Source of the DNA: Terriglobia bacterium
Lineage (GTDB): Bacteria > Acidobacteriota > Terriglobia > 20CM-2-55-15
NCBI GenBank assembly: GCA_963664115.2
Contig: CAXWPJ010000005.1
Coordinates: 64,001 to 128,000, forward strand
Direction: 5' to 3'
DNA length: 64,000 bases
In this document: piece by piece, positions 36,774 through 47,898 of the stretch
Position numbering within the stretch: the stretch's first letter is position 1
Layout: every line of letters starts with the position of its first letter
Translations under genes and position numbers: made by a program
The notes under the pieces: generated by a model
Seen by the model: the letters and a program-made list of their open reading frames with translations, nothing else
Told to the model about the DNA's origin: nothing
Databases searched by the model: none

Positions 36774-39452
36774 CTAGGCGTCCAGGACTTCGCGCATCCT
36801 GCCAGTCAAGGTTTCCTGACTGAAGGGTTTCTGGAGATAGTCCATTTCCGTGTCGGGGAGCCCGTGCCGGGCGATGAACTCACCCGGGTAGCCAGACATG
36901 TAGAGCACTTTCAGCGTGGGAACGAGGGCCCTCAGACGCTTTGCGAGCTCGGGGCCGCTCAGTTCCGGCATGATCACGTCCGTAAGCAGGAGGTCGATCG
37001 TTTCGGAGTCATCTTCTGCCATGCGGATTGCATCGCCTACATCGGATGCCTCAATAACCTTGTATCCGCTGGCTTCCAGAAATCGACGTGTCAGTCGCCG
37101 GACAGCCGGTTCATCCTCGACGATGAGCACGGTTTCCTTGCCCCGTCGGGGTGCATCGACGACGTAATCTTTTACCGGGACCTCTCTCCTTGATGCGCGA
37201 ATTGGCAGGTAGATTCGGAACGTTGTCCCTTTGCCCGGCTCACTATCTACACTGATATGACCGTCGCTCTGTTTGACGATGCCATATACGGTCGCGAGCC
37301 CCAATCCCGTGCCGCTACCGCGCGGTTTGGTTGTGAAGAAGGGTTCGAAGATTTGAGACAGCGTATCCGCATCCATCCCCTGACCTTCGTCCTTTACCGT
37401 AAGTAGCGCATAGCTTCCTTCTTTCGGGGCGGTGGGTTGGTGAGCCTCATCGTGATCGATGTGGACGTTTTCGGTTCGAATCGTGAGGCTGCCGCCGTCG
37501 GGCATGGCGTCAGCTGCGTTGATGACCAGGTTCGTAATGACCTGTTCGATGCGACTTCGGTCTCCTTCAATCTGTCCGAGCGTTGGACTGAGCGACGGTT
37601 CCAACTCGACATGCTCTCCGATCAACCTTCGAAGCATCTTCTCCAATTCGTCCACGATCAAATTTAAGTCGAGCGGCAGGGGATTCGGTATCTCATGACG
37701 ACTGAATGTCAGCAGCTGCATGGTGAGGCGGCTGGCCCGTTGGACGGCGCTGAATACTTCTTCGGTCATTTCCCGCTCTTCACTACCCTCAGGAAGAGCC
37801 GACTGTAGCAGGGCCGTGTAGCCTTGAATTGCGGTTAACAGGTTGTTGAAATCGTGGGCTATGCCACCCGCGAGTCGGCCGACCGTTTCCATCTTTTGCG
37901 ATTGACGGAGCTGCTGTTCAAGAGCCCGCCGCTCGCTGATGTCCCGCATAAAACTCTGATACACCTGTTGGCCGCCGTAACTGATCAGGCGAGTGTTGGC
38001 CTCCAAAGGAATGCGTTTACCGTCGCGTGTTTGGCCATCGATTTCGTACAAGCTGCTGTTGCCGGTGCGCGACTGGGTCAGTGCGCTTTCCACCCGGTCC
38101 CACTGATCGGAGGGATGGAGGTCACGGACCACCATCTTGCGCAGTTCGTTGGAAGAATATCCAAGGAGTTGCTCCGCTTTCTCGTTCACATCCCGAACGC
38201 GGCCGGTTTCCGGGTCGAAGAGAACAACGGCGTCACTGGCGTACTCGAACAAGCTCCTGTATTGCTCCTCAGAACGTTGAAGCGCTTCCTGTGCGAACTT
38301 GCGTTCCGAGATATCGGTGATAGTTCCGATCATGCGAACAGGCTCTCTCTTTGAGTTCCTCTCTGTTACACGCCCTCTCACGACCACCCATTTCCACTTT
38401 CCGAGTTCTGTTCGGATGCGGTATTCGGACTCGAACGCAGGCGTGTGACCTTCCAGGTGTAGTTGGAGTAGACGTTGGCGTGCGTCGTCGTCATCGGGGT
38501 GGATTCGAGATTTCCACATCGCGGTGTGGCCCGAGCGAGCATCGTCCCTGCGTGTTGTTTCTTCGAAGATTTCGGAAACACGCGCGCTGAAGACGATGTC
38601 GTCCGTTTTGAGATCCCAGTCCCAGAGGCCGTCCGATGCGGCTTCCAATGCGTATCGCAGGCGTTCTTCGCTCCGGCGCAGGACACCGACACTCCTCTGG
38701 CGTTCCGATGTCAGCCAGACTTGGCAGTGAATAAGTGAGCCATCGCCTCCCGACGGCATGGCCAGCAGTAGTGTCCCGCCAAAGAATCTTTCGTCCTGTC
38801 TTTTCATTCGCAGTTCGAATTGTTTCCTTTCCCCGTTGCTGAGGGCCGCGACTATTTCTTGACCCGGAAACTGCGGAGCCTTGCGAGCGAAAAAGAACGA
38901 AATGTGCCGTCCGACGGTACCTCGTTCGCTTGTACCGAAAATGTCTTCAGCGCTTGCGCTCCATCCGACAATCTCGCCTTTCAGGTCGCATTGGAAAAAC
39001 GCCACCGGTGGCCGGATCTCTTTATTTGCTGTCGAATTCTTGCTGCCTGATCCGGCGCCGGATTCGACAACGAATATGGCCGCAGCCTGACCGACACTTA
39101 GGCGCCGGGCACGAATCAAAGTCTGCTCCCGAAGGGAACCACTGGCCTCGGCCCGCAAGCGACACTCTCCGTGCTGACCCGATAAAACCCTATCCAGGGA
39201 GATGGCGAATGGCTTGGCCTCTTCGGCGTCGACGTCCCAGTTGTTCGCAGAGATGATTCGGTCTGTTGCGGTTCTTATGTTGTCCACTCGTATCGAAGGG
39301 TTGCTCTCCCAACTCTCGTTTACCAGGAGGACCTTCCCTTCCGAGTCGACCACCGCGATCGGGCTCTCAAGGGCATCGATAGTGGCGCGAACGAGAGCCA
39401 GCGAACCGGCCCAGCGATCGGGATCATTCATAGCCTGGGTGCCGTTCTTCAT
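36774..39452 (-). CDS. multi-PAS hybrid histidine kinase (CckA-like)
   Basis: Several PAS/PAC domains, QSQKMETVGRLAGGIAHDFNNLL, HATPase, C-terminal REC. Confidence 0.93.
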   Translation of the reverse strand: MKNGTQAMNDPDRWAGSLALVRATIDALESPIAVVDSEGKVLLVNESWESNPSIRVDNIRTATDRIISANNWDVDAEEAKPFAISLDRVLSGQHGECRLRAEASGSLREQTLIRARRLSVGQAAAIFVVESGAGSGSKNSTANKEIRPPVAFFQCDLKGEIVGWSASAEDIFGTSERGTVGRHISFFFARKAPQFPGQEIVAALSNGERKQFELRMKRQDERFFGGTLLLAMPSGGDGSLIHCQVWLTSERQRSVGVLRRSEERLRYALEAASDGLWDWDLKTDDIVFSARVSEIFEETTRRDDARSGHTAMWKSRIHPDDDDARQRLLQLHLEGHTPAFESEYRIRTELGKWKWVVVRGRVTERNSKREPVRMIGTITDISERKFAQEALQRSEEQYRSLFEYASDAVVLFDPETGRVRDVNEKAEQLLGYSSNELRKMVVRDLHPSDQWDRVESALTQSRTGNSSLYEIDGQTRDGKRIPLEANTRLISYGGQQVYQSFMRDISERRALEQQLRQSQKMETVGRLAGGIAHDFNNLLTAIQGYTALLQSALPEGSEEREMTEEVFSAVQRASRLTMQLLTFSRHEIPNPLPLDLNLIVDELEKMLRRLIGEHVELEPSLSPTLGQIEGDRSRIEQVITNLVINAADAMPDGGSLTIRTENVHIDHDEAHQPTAPKEGSYALLTVKDEGQGMDADTLSQIFEPFFTTKPRGSGTGLGLATVYGIVKQSDGHISVDSEPGKGTTFRIYLPIRASRREVPVKDYVVDAPRRGKETVLIVEDEPAVRRLTRRFLEASGYKVIEASDVGDAIRMAEDDSETIDLLLTDVIMPELSGPELAKRLRALVPTLKVLYMSGYPGEFIARHGLPDTEMDYLQKPFSQETLTGRMREVLDA

Positions 39453-39650
39453 ATCTGTCTGAAAAGAATCTGTCTGAAAAGAATTCCGGTTCCGCTAGTC
39501 AGACCGAAATCGAGGAGCCGCACTGAAGCGGTCTGCAAAATTTGCGCGGACTGGCATGCTAATGGACAAAATTTCCATATTCAAGTAGGAAATACAGTTA
39601 TCCAGCAGCCGGATTTCGGATATGTGATACAGGATGGGTTGATGCGTTGG

Positions 39651-41390
39651 CTAAGATCGTTTCTTAGCTTTCTCAATTCTGGCCCAAGTGTCTCGCAGCG
39701 TAACGGTTCGATTGAAGACGAGCGAACCCGGCACTGAATCGGTGTCCACGGCGAAATAACCCAGACGTTCAAACTGAAATCGATCTCCGGGTCTTGCCTT
39801 AGCTAGCGTGGGCTCTAGCTTGCACGTATTCACTACCGTGAACGACTCTGGATTGATACAGGCCGTAATATTTGCGTCCTCTCCCTCTTCAGGGTCTTCC
39901 TTCGTAAACAGCCGGTCATAGAGACGCACTTCGGCTGCTATTGCGTATGAGGCGGAAACCCAATGGAGGGTTGCTTTTACCCGACGGCCGTCAGGAGTGG
40001 TTCCCCCCCGTGTTAAGGGGTCGTAAGTGCAATGGAGTTCTATGATCTTGCCGTCGGGATCTTTGATTACATCGGCGCATGTGATCAAGTAACCGTAGCG
40101 GAGACGGACTTCGCGCCCCGGAGCCAAGCGGAAGAACTTCCGAGGCGGATCTTCCATGAAATCTTCGCGTTCGATGTAGAGGACTTTTGAGAATGGAACC
40201 TTCCGTGTCCCCATACTTTCATCTTCAGGATTGTTGATGGCGTCGAGTTCCTCGACCTGATCCTCGGGATAGTTGTCGATCACCACTCGTACCGGATTCA
40301 GGACTGCCATCACACGGGGCGATCGGTGATTGAGATCTTCCCGGATCGCGTGTTCCAGTTGAGCCAAATTGATGGTGTTGTCGCGCTTGGCTACACCGAT
40401 CCGTCCCCAGAAGTTGCGAATGGCTTCAGGCGTGTAACCGCGCCGACGCATTCCGCTGATCGTCGGCATGCGCGGATCGTCCCACCCATCGACGTGACCT
40501 TCTTCGACGAGCCGCAGGAGCTTACGTTTGCTCGTGACTGTATAGCTGAGGTTTCCCCGCGCGAACTCGATCTGCTGGGGGTGGCAATCGAGTTTCAGTT
40601 GGTTCAGAAACCAGTCATACAGGGGTCGGTGGTCTTCAAATTCCAGCGTACAAAGGGAATGGGTGATGCCTTCCATCGAATCCGACAGGCAGTGAGTGAA
40701 GTCGTACATCGGATAAATGCACCACTCCCCGCCGGCTCTGAAGTGCGCCGCATGCCGGATTCGGTATATCGTCGGGTCCCGCATGTTGAGGTTCCCCGAT
40801 GCCATATCGATTTTCGCCCGCAATACGTGCTCACCGTCGGTGAACGTGCCCTCCCGCATGCGGCGAAAGAGGTCAAGGTTCTCTTCTACAGATCGATCGC
40901 GATAAGGACTGTTCTTTCCGGCTTCGGTCAGCGTTCCCCTGTATTCCCGTGTTTGCTCTGGGCTCAAGCTACAAACGTAGGCTTTGTCCTTCTTGATGAG
41001 CTCGACCGCAAAGTCGTAGAGTTGTTCAAAGTAGTCCGATGCGTAGTAGAGACGGTCTTCCCAGTCGAATCCCAACCAGCGGACGTCACGCTGAATCGCC
41101 TCCTCGTACTCCGACTCTTCCCTGGTCGGATTCGTGTCATCGAAGCGGAGATTGCACAAGCCCTCATATTCGGCCGCGACACCGAAGTTCAGGCAGATGG
41201 CCTTGGCATGGCCGATGTGTAGATAGCCGTTGGGCTCAGGCGGAAAACGGGTGTGAACCTTACCTCCATTCTTCCCGTCTTGGAGGTCTTGAGCGATTCG
41301 CGATCGAATGAAATCGACGGGGGTCGTCGAGTTGGATGTTTCCCGAGAATGGTCTTTATTAGACGGCTCGTCGTTGTCCGGCGTGCGCAT
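39651..41390 (-). CDS. glnS: glutamine--tRNA ligase
   Basis: [47 protein letters not shown]. Confidence 0.97.
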   Translation of the reverse strand: MRTPDNDEPSNKDHSRETSNSTTPVDFIRSRIAQDLQDGKNGGKVHTRFPPEPNGYLHIGHAKAICLNFGVAAEYEGLCNLRFDDTNPTREESEYEEAIQRDVRWLGFDWEDRLYYASDYFEQLYDFAVELIKKDKAYVCSLSPEQTREYRGTLTEAGKNSPYRDRSVEENLDLFRRMREGTFTDGEHVLRAKIDMASGNLNMRDPTIYRIRHAAHFRAGGEWCIYPMYDFTHCLSDSMEGITHSLCTLEFEDHRPLYDWFLNQLKLDCHPQQIEFARGNLSYTVTSKRKLLRLVEEGHVDGWDDPRMPTISGMRRRGYTPEAIRNFWGRIGVAKRDNTINLAQLEHAIREDLNHRSPRVMAVLNPVRVVIDNYPEDQVEELDAINNPEDESMGTRKVPFSKVLYIEREDFMEDPPRKFFRLAPGREVRLRYGYLITCADVIKDPDGKIIELHCTYDPLTRGGTTPDGRRVKATLHWVSASYAIAAEVRLYDRLFTKEDPEEGEDANITACINPESFTVVNTCKLEPTLAKARPGDRFQFERLGYFAVDTDSVPGSLVFNRTVTLRDTWARIEKAKKRS

Positions 41391-41450
41391 GATTTTGCTA
41401 TCTCACTGGCGATTCTAGCATGCGGCCAACCGGGAAGGCGCCAGGACGCG

Positions 41451-42725
41451 TCAGTCCGTATTCCGGAGGATGCCCTTGAGCACGCTGAGGTCACCGTCGA
41501 TCTCTTCGGGGATCCCCAGCCCAAGAAGTTCCATGATGAGAGGGTAAATGTGCACGTTCTCAAAACTCGGGATCTCGGTTTCCTCGATGAGTGCCGGACC
41601 TCTTGCATAAAAGATGCCCTGCATTTCGGGGAATCGACGCGGGTCGTAGCCATGCGCGGCCGCGGATAAATCTCCCGTCATTTGTCTCAAGCGAATAGCG
41701 TAGGGAGCCTGAGCCTCGACAACTAGATCCCCGACCCGTTCATGAGTGAAATGCCAGTAATCCGGAGTGTCTTCCCTCCGGTAAACCCGGAAATTGTCTT
41801 CCTGATTTTTCAGATCGGAATAAAGCTTGGTGCCCCGCTCTGCATCATCGATGTAGAGGAAGCTATGGGCACCCGAACCGATGATACGCACGCCGCTTAA
41901 ATCGACGAGGTCATCCAGGTACACGATTTTCTCCGGATCGAGATCGACCATGCCATGATCGGAAACGACAAAAACGTTGAGGTCGATATCAAGAGTTTCG
42001 ATGCGATCGAATAGCGAACCGAGCTGACTGTCGAGGCGTTCGATCGCTCCCTGCAGTTCGGACGAGGTCGTTCCCGATGCGTGGCCCGCGGAGTCGATTG
42101 CGGAAAAGTAGAGTGTGATCAGGTGCGGCCGGTATTCACTCGGGTATGAAAGCCACTCCAGAACCGATTCGATGCGTTCCCCGTGTGGCACCGAGCCGTC
42201 ATAGCGGTGGTAGTAGGTGGGCCGTACGCCTTGGACGTCGGCTTCCGAGCCGACCCAAAAGTAGCTTGCCGCGACCATTCCCTGTTGTTCCGCTGCCACC
42301 CAGAGCGGAGTGCCGCCATACCAGGAACCGTCTTCGACGGTTTCGATGTTCCCCAGGCTGTACCTCTCCCCCCGTGCGCGGTCGAAGAAGTCGTTGGCGA
42401 CGATTCCGTGCCTGCCCGGATACATTCCGGTCGCGATTCCATAGTGATTGGGAAACGTTTCCGATGGATATCCCGGGATGAGACTTTCGGCCCGGACGCC
42501 CTCTTCGGCGAGACGCCTGAGGTTCGGCACGTTGTACATGTCGGTGTAGTCGTGGCGATACCCGTCGAGGGAAATCAGTAGAACGTAGGGCTTGTCCCTT
42601 TGCTCGGGTTCGTTGGCTCTTTGATAAGTTGCTTCCGGTTGCGAGGCCGCAACAGGGGTCCGTTCACAGCCCGATGTCAGCCAGGCGATTCCGAGGGCCA
42701 GTGTGATTCTGAGGGTTTTCTTCAT
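41451..42725 (-). CDS. nucleotide pyrophosphatase/phosphodiesterase (alkaline phosphatase superfamily) lipoprotein
   Basis: Lipobox LTSGC; LISLDG, PSETFPNH, HGIVAN, DSAGH, SDHGM, HGY. Confidence 0.92.
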   Translation of the reverse strand: MKKTLRITLALGIAWLTSGCERTPVAASQPEATYQRANEPEQRDKPYVLLISLDGYRHDYTDMYNVPNLRRLAEEGVRAESLIPGYPSETFPNHYGIATGMYPGRHGIVANDFFDRARGERYSLGNIETVEDGSWYGGTPLWVAAEQQGMVAASYFWVGSEADVQGVRPTYYHRYDGSVPHGERIESVLEWLSYPSEYRPHLITLYFSAIDSAGHASGTTSSELQGAIERLDSQLGSLFDRIETLDIDLNVFVVSDHGMVDLDPEKIVYLDDLVDLSGVRIIGSGAHSFLYIDDAERGTKLYSDLKNQEDNFRVYRREDTPDYWHFTHERVGDLVVEAQAPYAIRLRQMTGDLSAAAHGYDPRRFPEMQGIFYARGPALIEETEIPSFENVHIYPLIMELLGLGIPEEIDGDLSVLKGILRNTD

Positions 42726-43011
42726 CCCGGTGCCCAACGGCACGGTATATGAATGCTTTCGTGGGGTCAAATGACAGTGAATTTGGGTAGTGGGCTTTTT
42801 TGAACACTGCAGGACAGCTCATACGGCCATCCATGGCCGAACGACCTCTACCCCCTGTAATCATCAAGATGACGGGGCGGATACGGACTGGGGACGTTGA
42901 AGCGCATTGATAATATCCGCGCCGGTCCCCCGATGCGGGCGGACAATCTGCGGAGCCCGCGCGTCAGTTTCAAAAAATGATCGGATTCTGGATACTGCTG
43001 TCGAAAAGTCT

Positions 43012-43911
43012 CTACATCAGCTCGGCAACAAATTGCCGCGTCACTTCGGCATCAATCTGGAGCGGTCGGTGAGCCAGGGGCCCCCCTGCGGCAAGTACCG
43101 GTTCGGCCTGATCGAGCGAGGGAAGGTCAGTCCGCTGGAAAAACTTTCCGATGAATATCTCGTCGCCCCAGATCAACGATCGTCGCATCGCATCATGCCA
43201 GTCCGTTGGATCGTAGCTTTCCTCGTCTTCGAGCTTCTTCACGCGCTCTCGGAACCAGTTATAGGTGTTGTCGTGGTTGTAAGTCACGCACGGACTGAAA
43301 ATGTCGATAAAGGCGAATCCCTTATGCTCGAAGGCCTGTTTGATGAGGTCGACCAGTTGTTTTGGCGCCCCACTGAAGGCGCGGGCGACAAAAGTCGCTC
43401 CGGATACCAACGCCAGCGCGACCGGGTTGATGGGTTCTTCGATGTTACCGGACGGCGCGCTCTTGGTCTTCATGCCGATGCGGCTGGTGGGCGATGTCTG
43501 GCCGGTGGTGAGTCCGTATATCTGGTTGTCCATGACCAGGTAGACGAGGTCCACGTTGCGGCGCATCGTGTGAATGAAGTGGTTGCCGCCGATACCAAAC
43601 CCGTCTCCGTCTCCGCCGGTTACCACGACACGCAGGTCGTGATTCGCCATTTTCACTCCTGTGGCGACAGCCAGCGACCGCCCGTGCAGTGTATGCATGC
43701 CGTAGGTTTCGATAAAGCCGGGCAAGTTGGAAGAGCAGCCGATTCCGCTAACCGTGACCACGTTGTGCGGTTGGATTTGGAGTTCGACAAGAGCCTTTTG
43801 AAGAGAAGACAGGACTCCAAAATCGCCGCAGCCTGCACACCAGTCGGGATCGACCGGTCCCTTGAAATCCTTGACGGTCAGCCTACCCTCGGGTTCTATC
43901 GTGGTCGTCAC
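43012..43911 (-). CDS. korB: 2-oxoacid:ferredoxin oxidoreductase beta subunit
   Basis: WCAGCGD, SGIGCS, HTLHGR, GGDGDG, NQIYGLTTGQ, SPCVTYN. Confidence 0.93.
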   Translation of the reverse strand: MTTTIEPEGRLTVKDFKGPVDPDWCAGCGDFGVLSSLQKALVELQIQPHNVVTVSGIGCSSNLPGFIETYGMHTLHGRSLAVATGVKMANHDLRVVVTGGDGDGFGIGGNHFIHTMRRNVDLVYLVMDNQIYGLTTGQTSPTSRIGMKTKSAPSGNIEEPINPVALALVSGATFVARAFSGAPKQLVDLIKQAFEHKGFAFIDIFSPCVTYNHDNTYNWFRERVKKLEDEESYDPTDWHDAMRRSLIWGDEIFIGKFFQRTDLPSLDQAEPVLAAGGPLAHRPLQIDAEVTRQFVAELM

Positions 43912-43921
43912 ATCGTCCTCC

Positions 43922-45694
43922 TCAAACCTTTATTTCGTGCGTTGGTACGGACAAATTCGTCTTACCCGTGAGTTGTTCCTTCACGCTTTCTACGATGTGA
44001 TGGGGCATGAAGGGTTCCCCATCGTACTTGCGAATGTGGCCGTCGGCGACATAACTGGTTTCGCTCCGCAGGTATCGTGCAAACTGGCCGCTGTAGTTGT
44101 TCTCGACAATGATGGGGTGCTTCTCTGACCCGAGGATCTCCACGATGGCATCTCCGTGCAGGGGAACCAGCCATCGGATCTGTAACTGGTTTGCCGAGAT
44201 TCCTTCTTCCTTGAGCAGCTCGATCGCTTCTTGGATGACGCCCTGGGTGGAACCCCACCCGACAAGAGTCACGTCGGCTCCCGGCTCTCCGATCAGCTCG
44301 GGCGGTTGGACCGCGGCCTCGATTCCTTGCACTTTCCGCTGACGCTTGTCCATCATGTTTCGCCGCTTAGTTGGGTCGGTGAACTCGTCGCTGATCAACG
44401 TTCCATCTTCGTCGTGTTCATCAGTTGCGGCGGTGTGAATGTGGTGGGGCACACCCGGTACGGCGCGGGGAGAGACCCCGTTTTCGGTGAGGGCGTACCG
44501 TTTGTAGCCATTGGAGCCTGTGCTGGACATGATCAACTCTCCGCGATCGATTTCCACGTCGAAGTCGAGTTCTGCGGGCTCCACACTCCCGGTGCCTTCT
44601 GAGAGTAGCAGGTCGCCAAGGATGATTCCGGGACACTGGAACCGATCTGTCAGGTTGAAGATCTCAGGCACGATTTTGAAACAGTCCAGAACATCCGTCG
44701 GTGCGGCGATGACCCTGGGATAATCACCGTGACCGGCCCCAAGCATCTGCCAGAGATCGCCTTGCTCGGTTTTTGTCGGAACTCCCGTGGAAGGGCCCGC
44801 GCGCTGCACGTCGATCACCACAACAGGAGTTTCCATCATGGCCGACATGCCCAGGCCTTCGGTCATCAAGGCGAAGCCACCGCCAGAGGTCGCGCACATC
44901 GCCCGCACTCCAGTGTGGGCCGCGCCGATTGCCATGTTGATGACGCCGATCTCATCCTCGACCTGTCGCACCATAATTCCCGCCTCACGGGCGTGTGTAG
45001 CCATCCAGTGGAGGACACCCGTGGCCGGGCTCATCGGATAGGCGCAGTAAAATTTCACTCCGGCTGCCGCACCGCCCATTCCAAGAGCCATATTCCCCGT
45101 CAGCATGGCCTTGGGGTTTTCTGTCATCGGCAGGGGTTCCTCAAGGGGCTGAAAGTTTTTCGATGCGTGGTCATAGCCCGCCCGTGCGACGTCGACGTTT
45201 TCCTTTACAACGGCCTCTCCCTTCCGTTCGAACTGGGTTGTCAAAACATCTGCCAGCGGCTGAAAACTGACGCCCATCATGTTGAGGGCAGCGCCTAGAG
45301 CGAGCGTGTTCTGCGCTAGCTTGTTGCGGCTGTCGTTGGTGAGTTCCTTTACAGGAAGGGGGCAGAGTTGAACTCCATCAGCCGCATCCTGCGGTTGGAT
45401 TGCATCTCCGTTGTAAATGACAGCGGTCCCGGGGCCCATGAGCTTCAGATGGCGATCCATGGTGTCCTGATTGAGAGGAATCAACATATCGATCTTGTCG
45501 CCGAAGCTCGTCACAGGATCCACCCCGGTGCGTATTGTGAGCAGGGTATGACCGCCCCGGATGAGGGACTGATAGGCGTTGTATGCGTTCAGATGCAGGC
45601 CCCGCCGGACGAGGATGCGGGCAAAGATATTGCCCGGGGTGGCCACCCCCTGGCCAGCCGCTCCGCCAATCGCGATTGCAAGAGTCCGACTCAT
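43922..45694 (-). CDS. korA: 2-oxoacid:ferredoxin oxidoreductase alpha subunit (gamma-alpha fusion)
   Basis: GGAAGQG, IRGGH, YPMSPAT, QVEDEI, TSGGGF, QRAGPSTGVPTKTEQGDL, ENNYSGQ. Confidence 0.93.
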   Translation of the reverse strand: MSRTLAIAIGGAAGQGVATPGNIFARILVRRGLHLNAYNAYQSLIRGGHTLLTIRTGVDPVTSFGDKIDMLIPLNQDTMDRHLKLMGPGTAVIYNGDAIQPQDAADGVQLCPLPVKELTNDSRNKLAQNTLALGAALNMMGVSFQPLADVLTTQFERKGEAVVKENVDVARAGYDHASKNFQPLEEPLPMTENPKAMLTGNMALGMGGAAAGVKFYCAYPMSPATGVLHWMATHAREAGIMVRQVEDEIGVINMAIGAAHTGVRAMCATSGGGFALMTEGLGMSAMMETPVVVIDVQRAGPSTGVPTKTEQGDLWQMLGAGHGDYPRVIAAPTDVLDCFKIVPEIFNLTDRFQCPGIILGDLLLSEGTGSVEPAELDFDVEIDRGELIMSSTGSNGYKRYALTENGVSPRAVPGVPHHIHTAATDEHDEDGTLISDEFTDPTKRRNMMDKRQRKVQGIEAAVQPPELIGEPGADVTLVGWGSTQGVIQEAIELLKEEGISANQLQIRWLVPLHGDAIVEILGSEKHPIIVENNYSGQFARYLRSETSYVADGHIRKYDGEPFMPHHIVESVKEQLTGKTNLSVPTHEIKV

Positions 45695-46412
45695 TCAAAA
45701 TCTCCTTCGTCGATGCACACTATCGTGCGACAAGGTTTGGTTCGTAACGTGGGTTCTCACCGTACCTCGATCCTAATATCAACCTTGACGACAACTCTGT
45801 ACGCAGTACACGGGTAGGGTCGTGAACTCCCGTGCTTCAACTGCCGCTCATTGTATTCCAAACCGTGAGCCGTACTGGATTCGAATCATCGTTCCTCTGC
45901 TTGAAAGCCGAGTCTGACCCCTTAGTCTTCGATAATTTCAGCCGCTCAGGGTATGCAGGGTCGCACAAAACCGGACCAGTTTACCAGATGAGGGGGTCTC
46001 TGTCATCTCAGACCAAGCGGGTTGAACTCGATCGAACGCTTTTGCAATGAATAAGTTATTGTATCTAAGACAAGTTAAATCCCGTGCGCGATGGGCTCGG
46101 GGCCGCTGCTACCGGACGACGAGGCCCAAGCCCTTGCCAGAGGGTGAGACGAAGGTCATCGACCTCGACGAATACTGGCCCGCGACACCGCCAAACATCA
46201 TGAATTGAGGGGTCCATCCTCCGGTATCGACTAAGTGAGGGAATATCAACTCCGCGGTCGTCGTTTCTTTGAGATTATCGTAGCGTATCGGGATACGAGA
46301 TCGATCGTTGCAGGGGAGAACGGGTCATAAGATGCTGGAAAGATGGGATCCGGTTCAAGCGGCAGATCGCGTTGATCCACGATTTATTTTCAGGGGTTAG
46401 GAGTAAGCCGAC

Positions 46413-47111
46413 ATGAAAACACCCACGATCATCATCGAACACCGATTTAATGGGCCCGAAGGTTCAGCCAACGGGGGCTATACCTGCGGTCGGCTTGCCC
46501 AATTTATTGAAGGCCCGGCCCGGGTTCGACTCCGGGTGCCGCCGCCCTTGGATGTTGCATTCGAGGTCAGGCGAAGCGATTCGGGTGTGTCCATGGTTCG
46601 AGATGGCGATTTGATCGCCGAGGCGTGGCCTGGCAAACTGGAGCTTGAGGTTCCCGAACCCCCGACGATTCGGGAGGCGGAGGCGGCTTCGCGTGCCTAT
46701 ATTGGATTCAAATTCCATCGTTACACGACCTGTTTTGTTTGCGGTCCTGAACAGGCAAAGGGAGGACTCAGGGTCTTTGCGGGCCCGGTTCCGGGACGGG
46801 AAATGGTAGCTTCCCTCTGGCGGCCGGACCCATCGCTGGCTTCAGACGGAATCCATGTGAATCCCGTATTTCTTTGGTCCGTGCTCGATTGTCCGGGAGG
46901 GTTCGCGTTTCCCGAACCGGAGAAAGACGGCGTTCTTCTCGGAGAACTCTCCGTGGAACTGTTCGAGAGTGCGACTATCGGTGAGCCTCATGTCGTGATC
47001 GGCTGGGAGTTCCGTCGTGAAGGTCGGAAGCACCATACCGGTACGGCCCTGTTCTCAGAGTCCGGTGATTGCATCGGAGTGGGGCAGGGGATCTGGTTCG
47101 AGGTTCCCTGA
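46413..47111 (+). CDS. hotdog-fold (thioesterase-like) protein
   Basis: RFNGP..SANGGY, CFVCG, WSVLDCPG, GRKH. Confidence 0.7.
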   Translation: MKTPTIIIEHRFNGPEGSANGGYTCGRLAQFIEGPARVRLRVPPPLDVAFEVRRSDSGVSMVRDGDLIAEAWPGKLELEVPEPPTIREAEAASRAYIGFKFHRYTTCFVCGPEQAKGGLRVFAGPVPGREMVASLWRPDPSLASDGIHVNPVFLWSVLDCPGGFAFPEPEKDGVLLGELSVELFESATIGEPHVVIGWEFRREGRKHHTGTALFSESGDCIGVGQGIWFEVP

Positions 47112-47339
47112 GGCAGATCGATCGAGCTGTCGTTCCAGAATCGATCATTCTCATGGCGAATTTGGCCAATCCGGTTGGCTTTTACCGGTGTGTCCGAGGT
47201 GATATATAATGGTTGGCGAGTTTGTGAACGAGCAGGGCAGTTCCCTGCGGATCAGTGAAGATCCTCTGATTGCGGAAATTCCAACAGTCAAAATGTCGGG
47301 GGCTTTGATGCCATTAATCTCAGCTCCGGGGAGAAAGTT

Positions 47340-47786
47340 ATGAGATTGAAACCGTACTGTGTGTGTTTGACCTTGGTTTTGCTTTTGATGTCTGCTTGTG
47401 CCGCGGAGCCCGAGCCTGTGCCCGCGCCTCAACCGGAACCCGCAGCCGCTGAACCGGTGGTTGGGGATGTTGTGTTGAGCGGAACGTGGACGGGTGATTG
47501 GGGCCCCTCGCCTACTGATCGTAACGCCGTCGTCGTCGAGTTGGCTTGGGATGGTGCCACGTTGAGCGGTCAGGTGAATCCAGGACCGAATGCTGTCGAT
47601 TTGACGAGTGCGGCCTTCGATCCTGCTACGAACAATATAACGATGGAGGCCGACGCAGAAACTTTTCGCGGAACGCTGCACTATGTGATGGAAGGGACAC
47701 TGGACGGCAACACAATTTCCGGAACTTGGGGTCACGATGATGTGTTGGGTGACTTTACGATAACGATGGCTACGACAGAGGAATAG
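47340..47786 (+). CDS. hypothetical lipoprotein
   Basis: Signal peptide with LMSAC lipobox; beta-rich LSGTWTGDWG domain. Confidence 0.75.
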   Translation: MRLKPYCVCLTLVLLLMSACAAEPEPVPAPQPEPAAAEPVVGDVVLSGTWTGDWGPSPTDRNAVVVELAWDGATLSGQVNPGPNAVDLTSAAFDPATNNITMEADAETFRGTLHYVMEGTLDGNTISGTWGHDDVLGDFTITMATTEE

Positions 47787-47898
47787 ATAAAGCCGGCGAG
47801 TTAGTTAGAGACCAATAAGATGCCCGATCCCGTTGTCGCCGTTTGAGCGAAAGTGAGGACAGTTAGCCTTCCCATCAACCCACTTCCTTGAGAACCCC

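Noticed and set aside
39552-39567. sigma54-like TGGCAT-GCTAA-TGGA on the plus strand
   Set aside because: Lacks the -12 GC and points into the end of a convergent gene.
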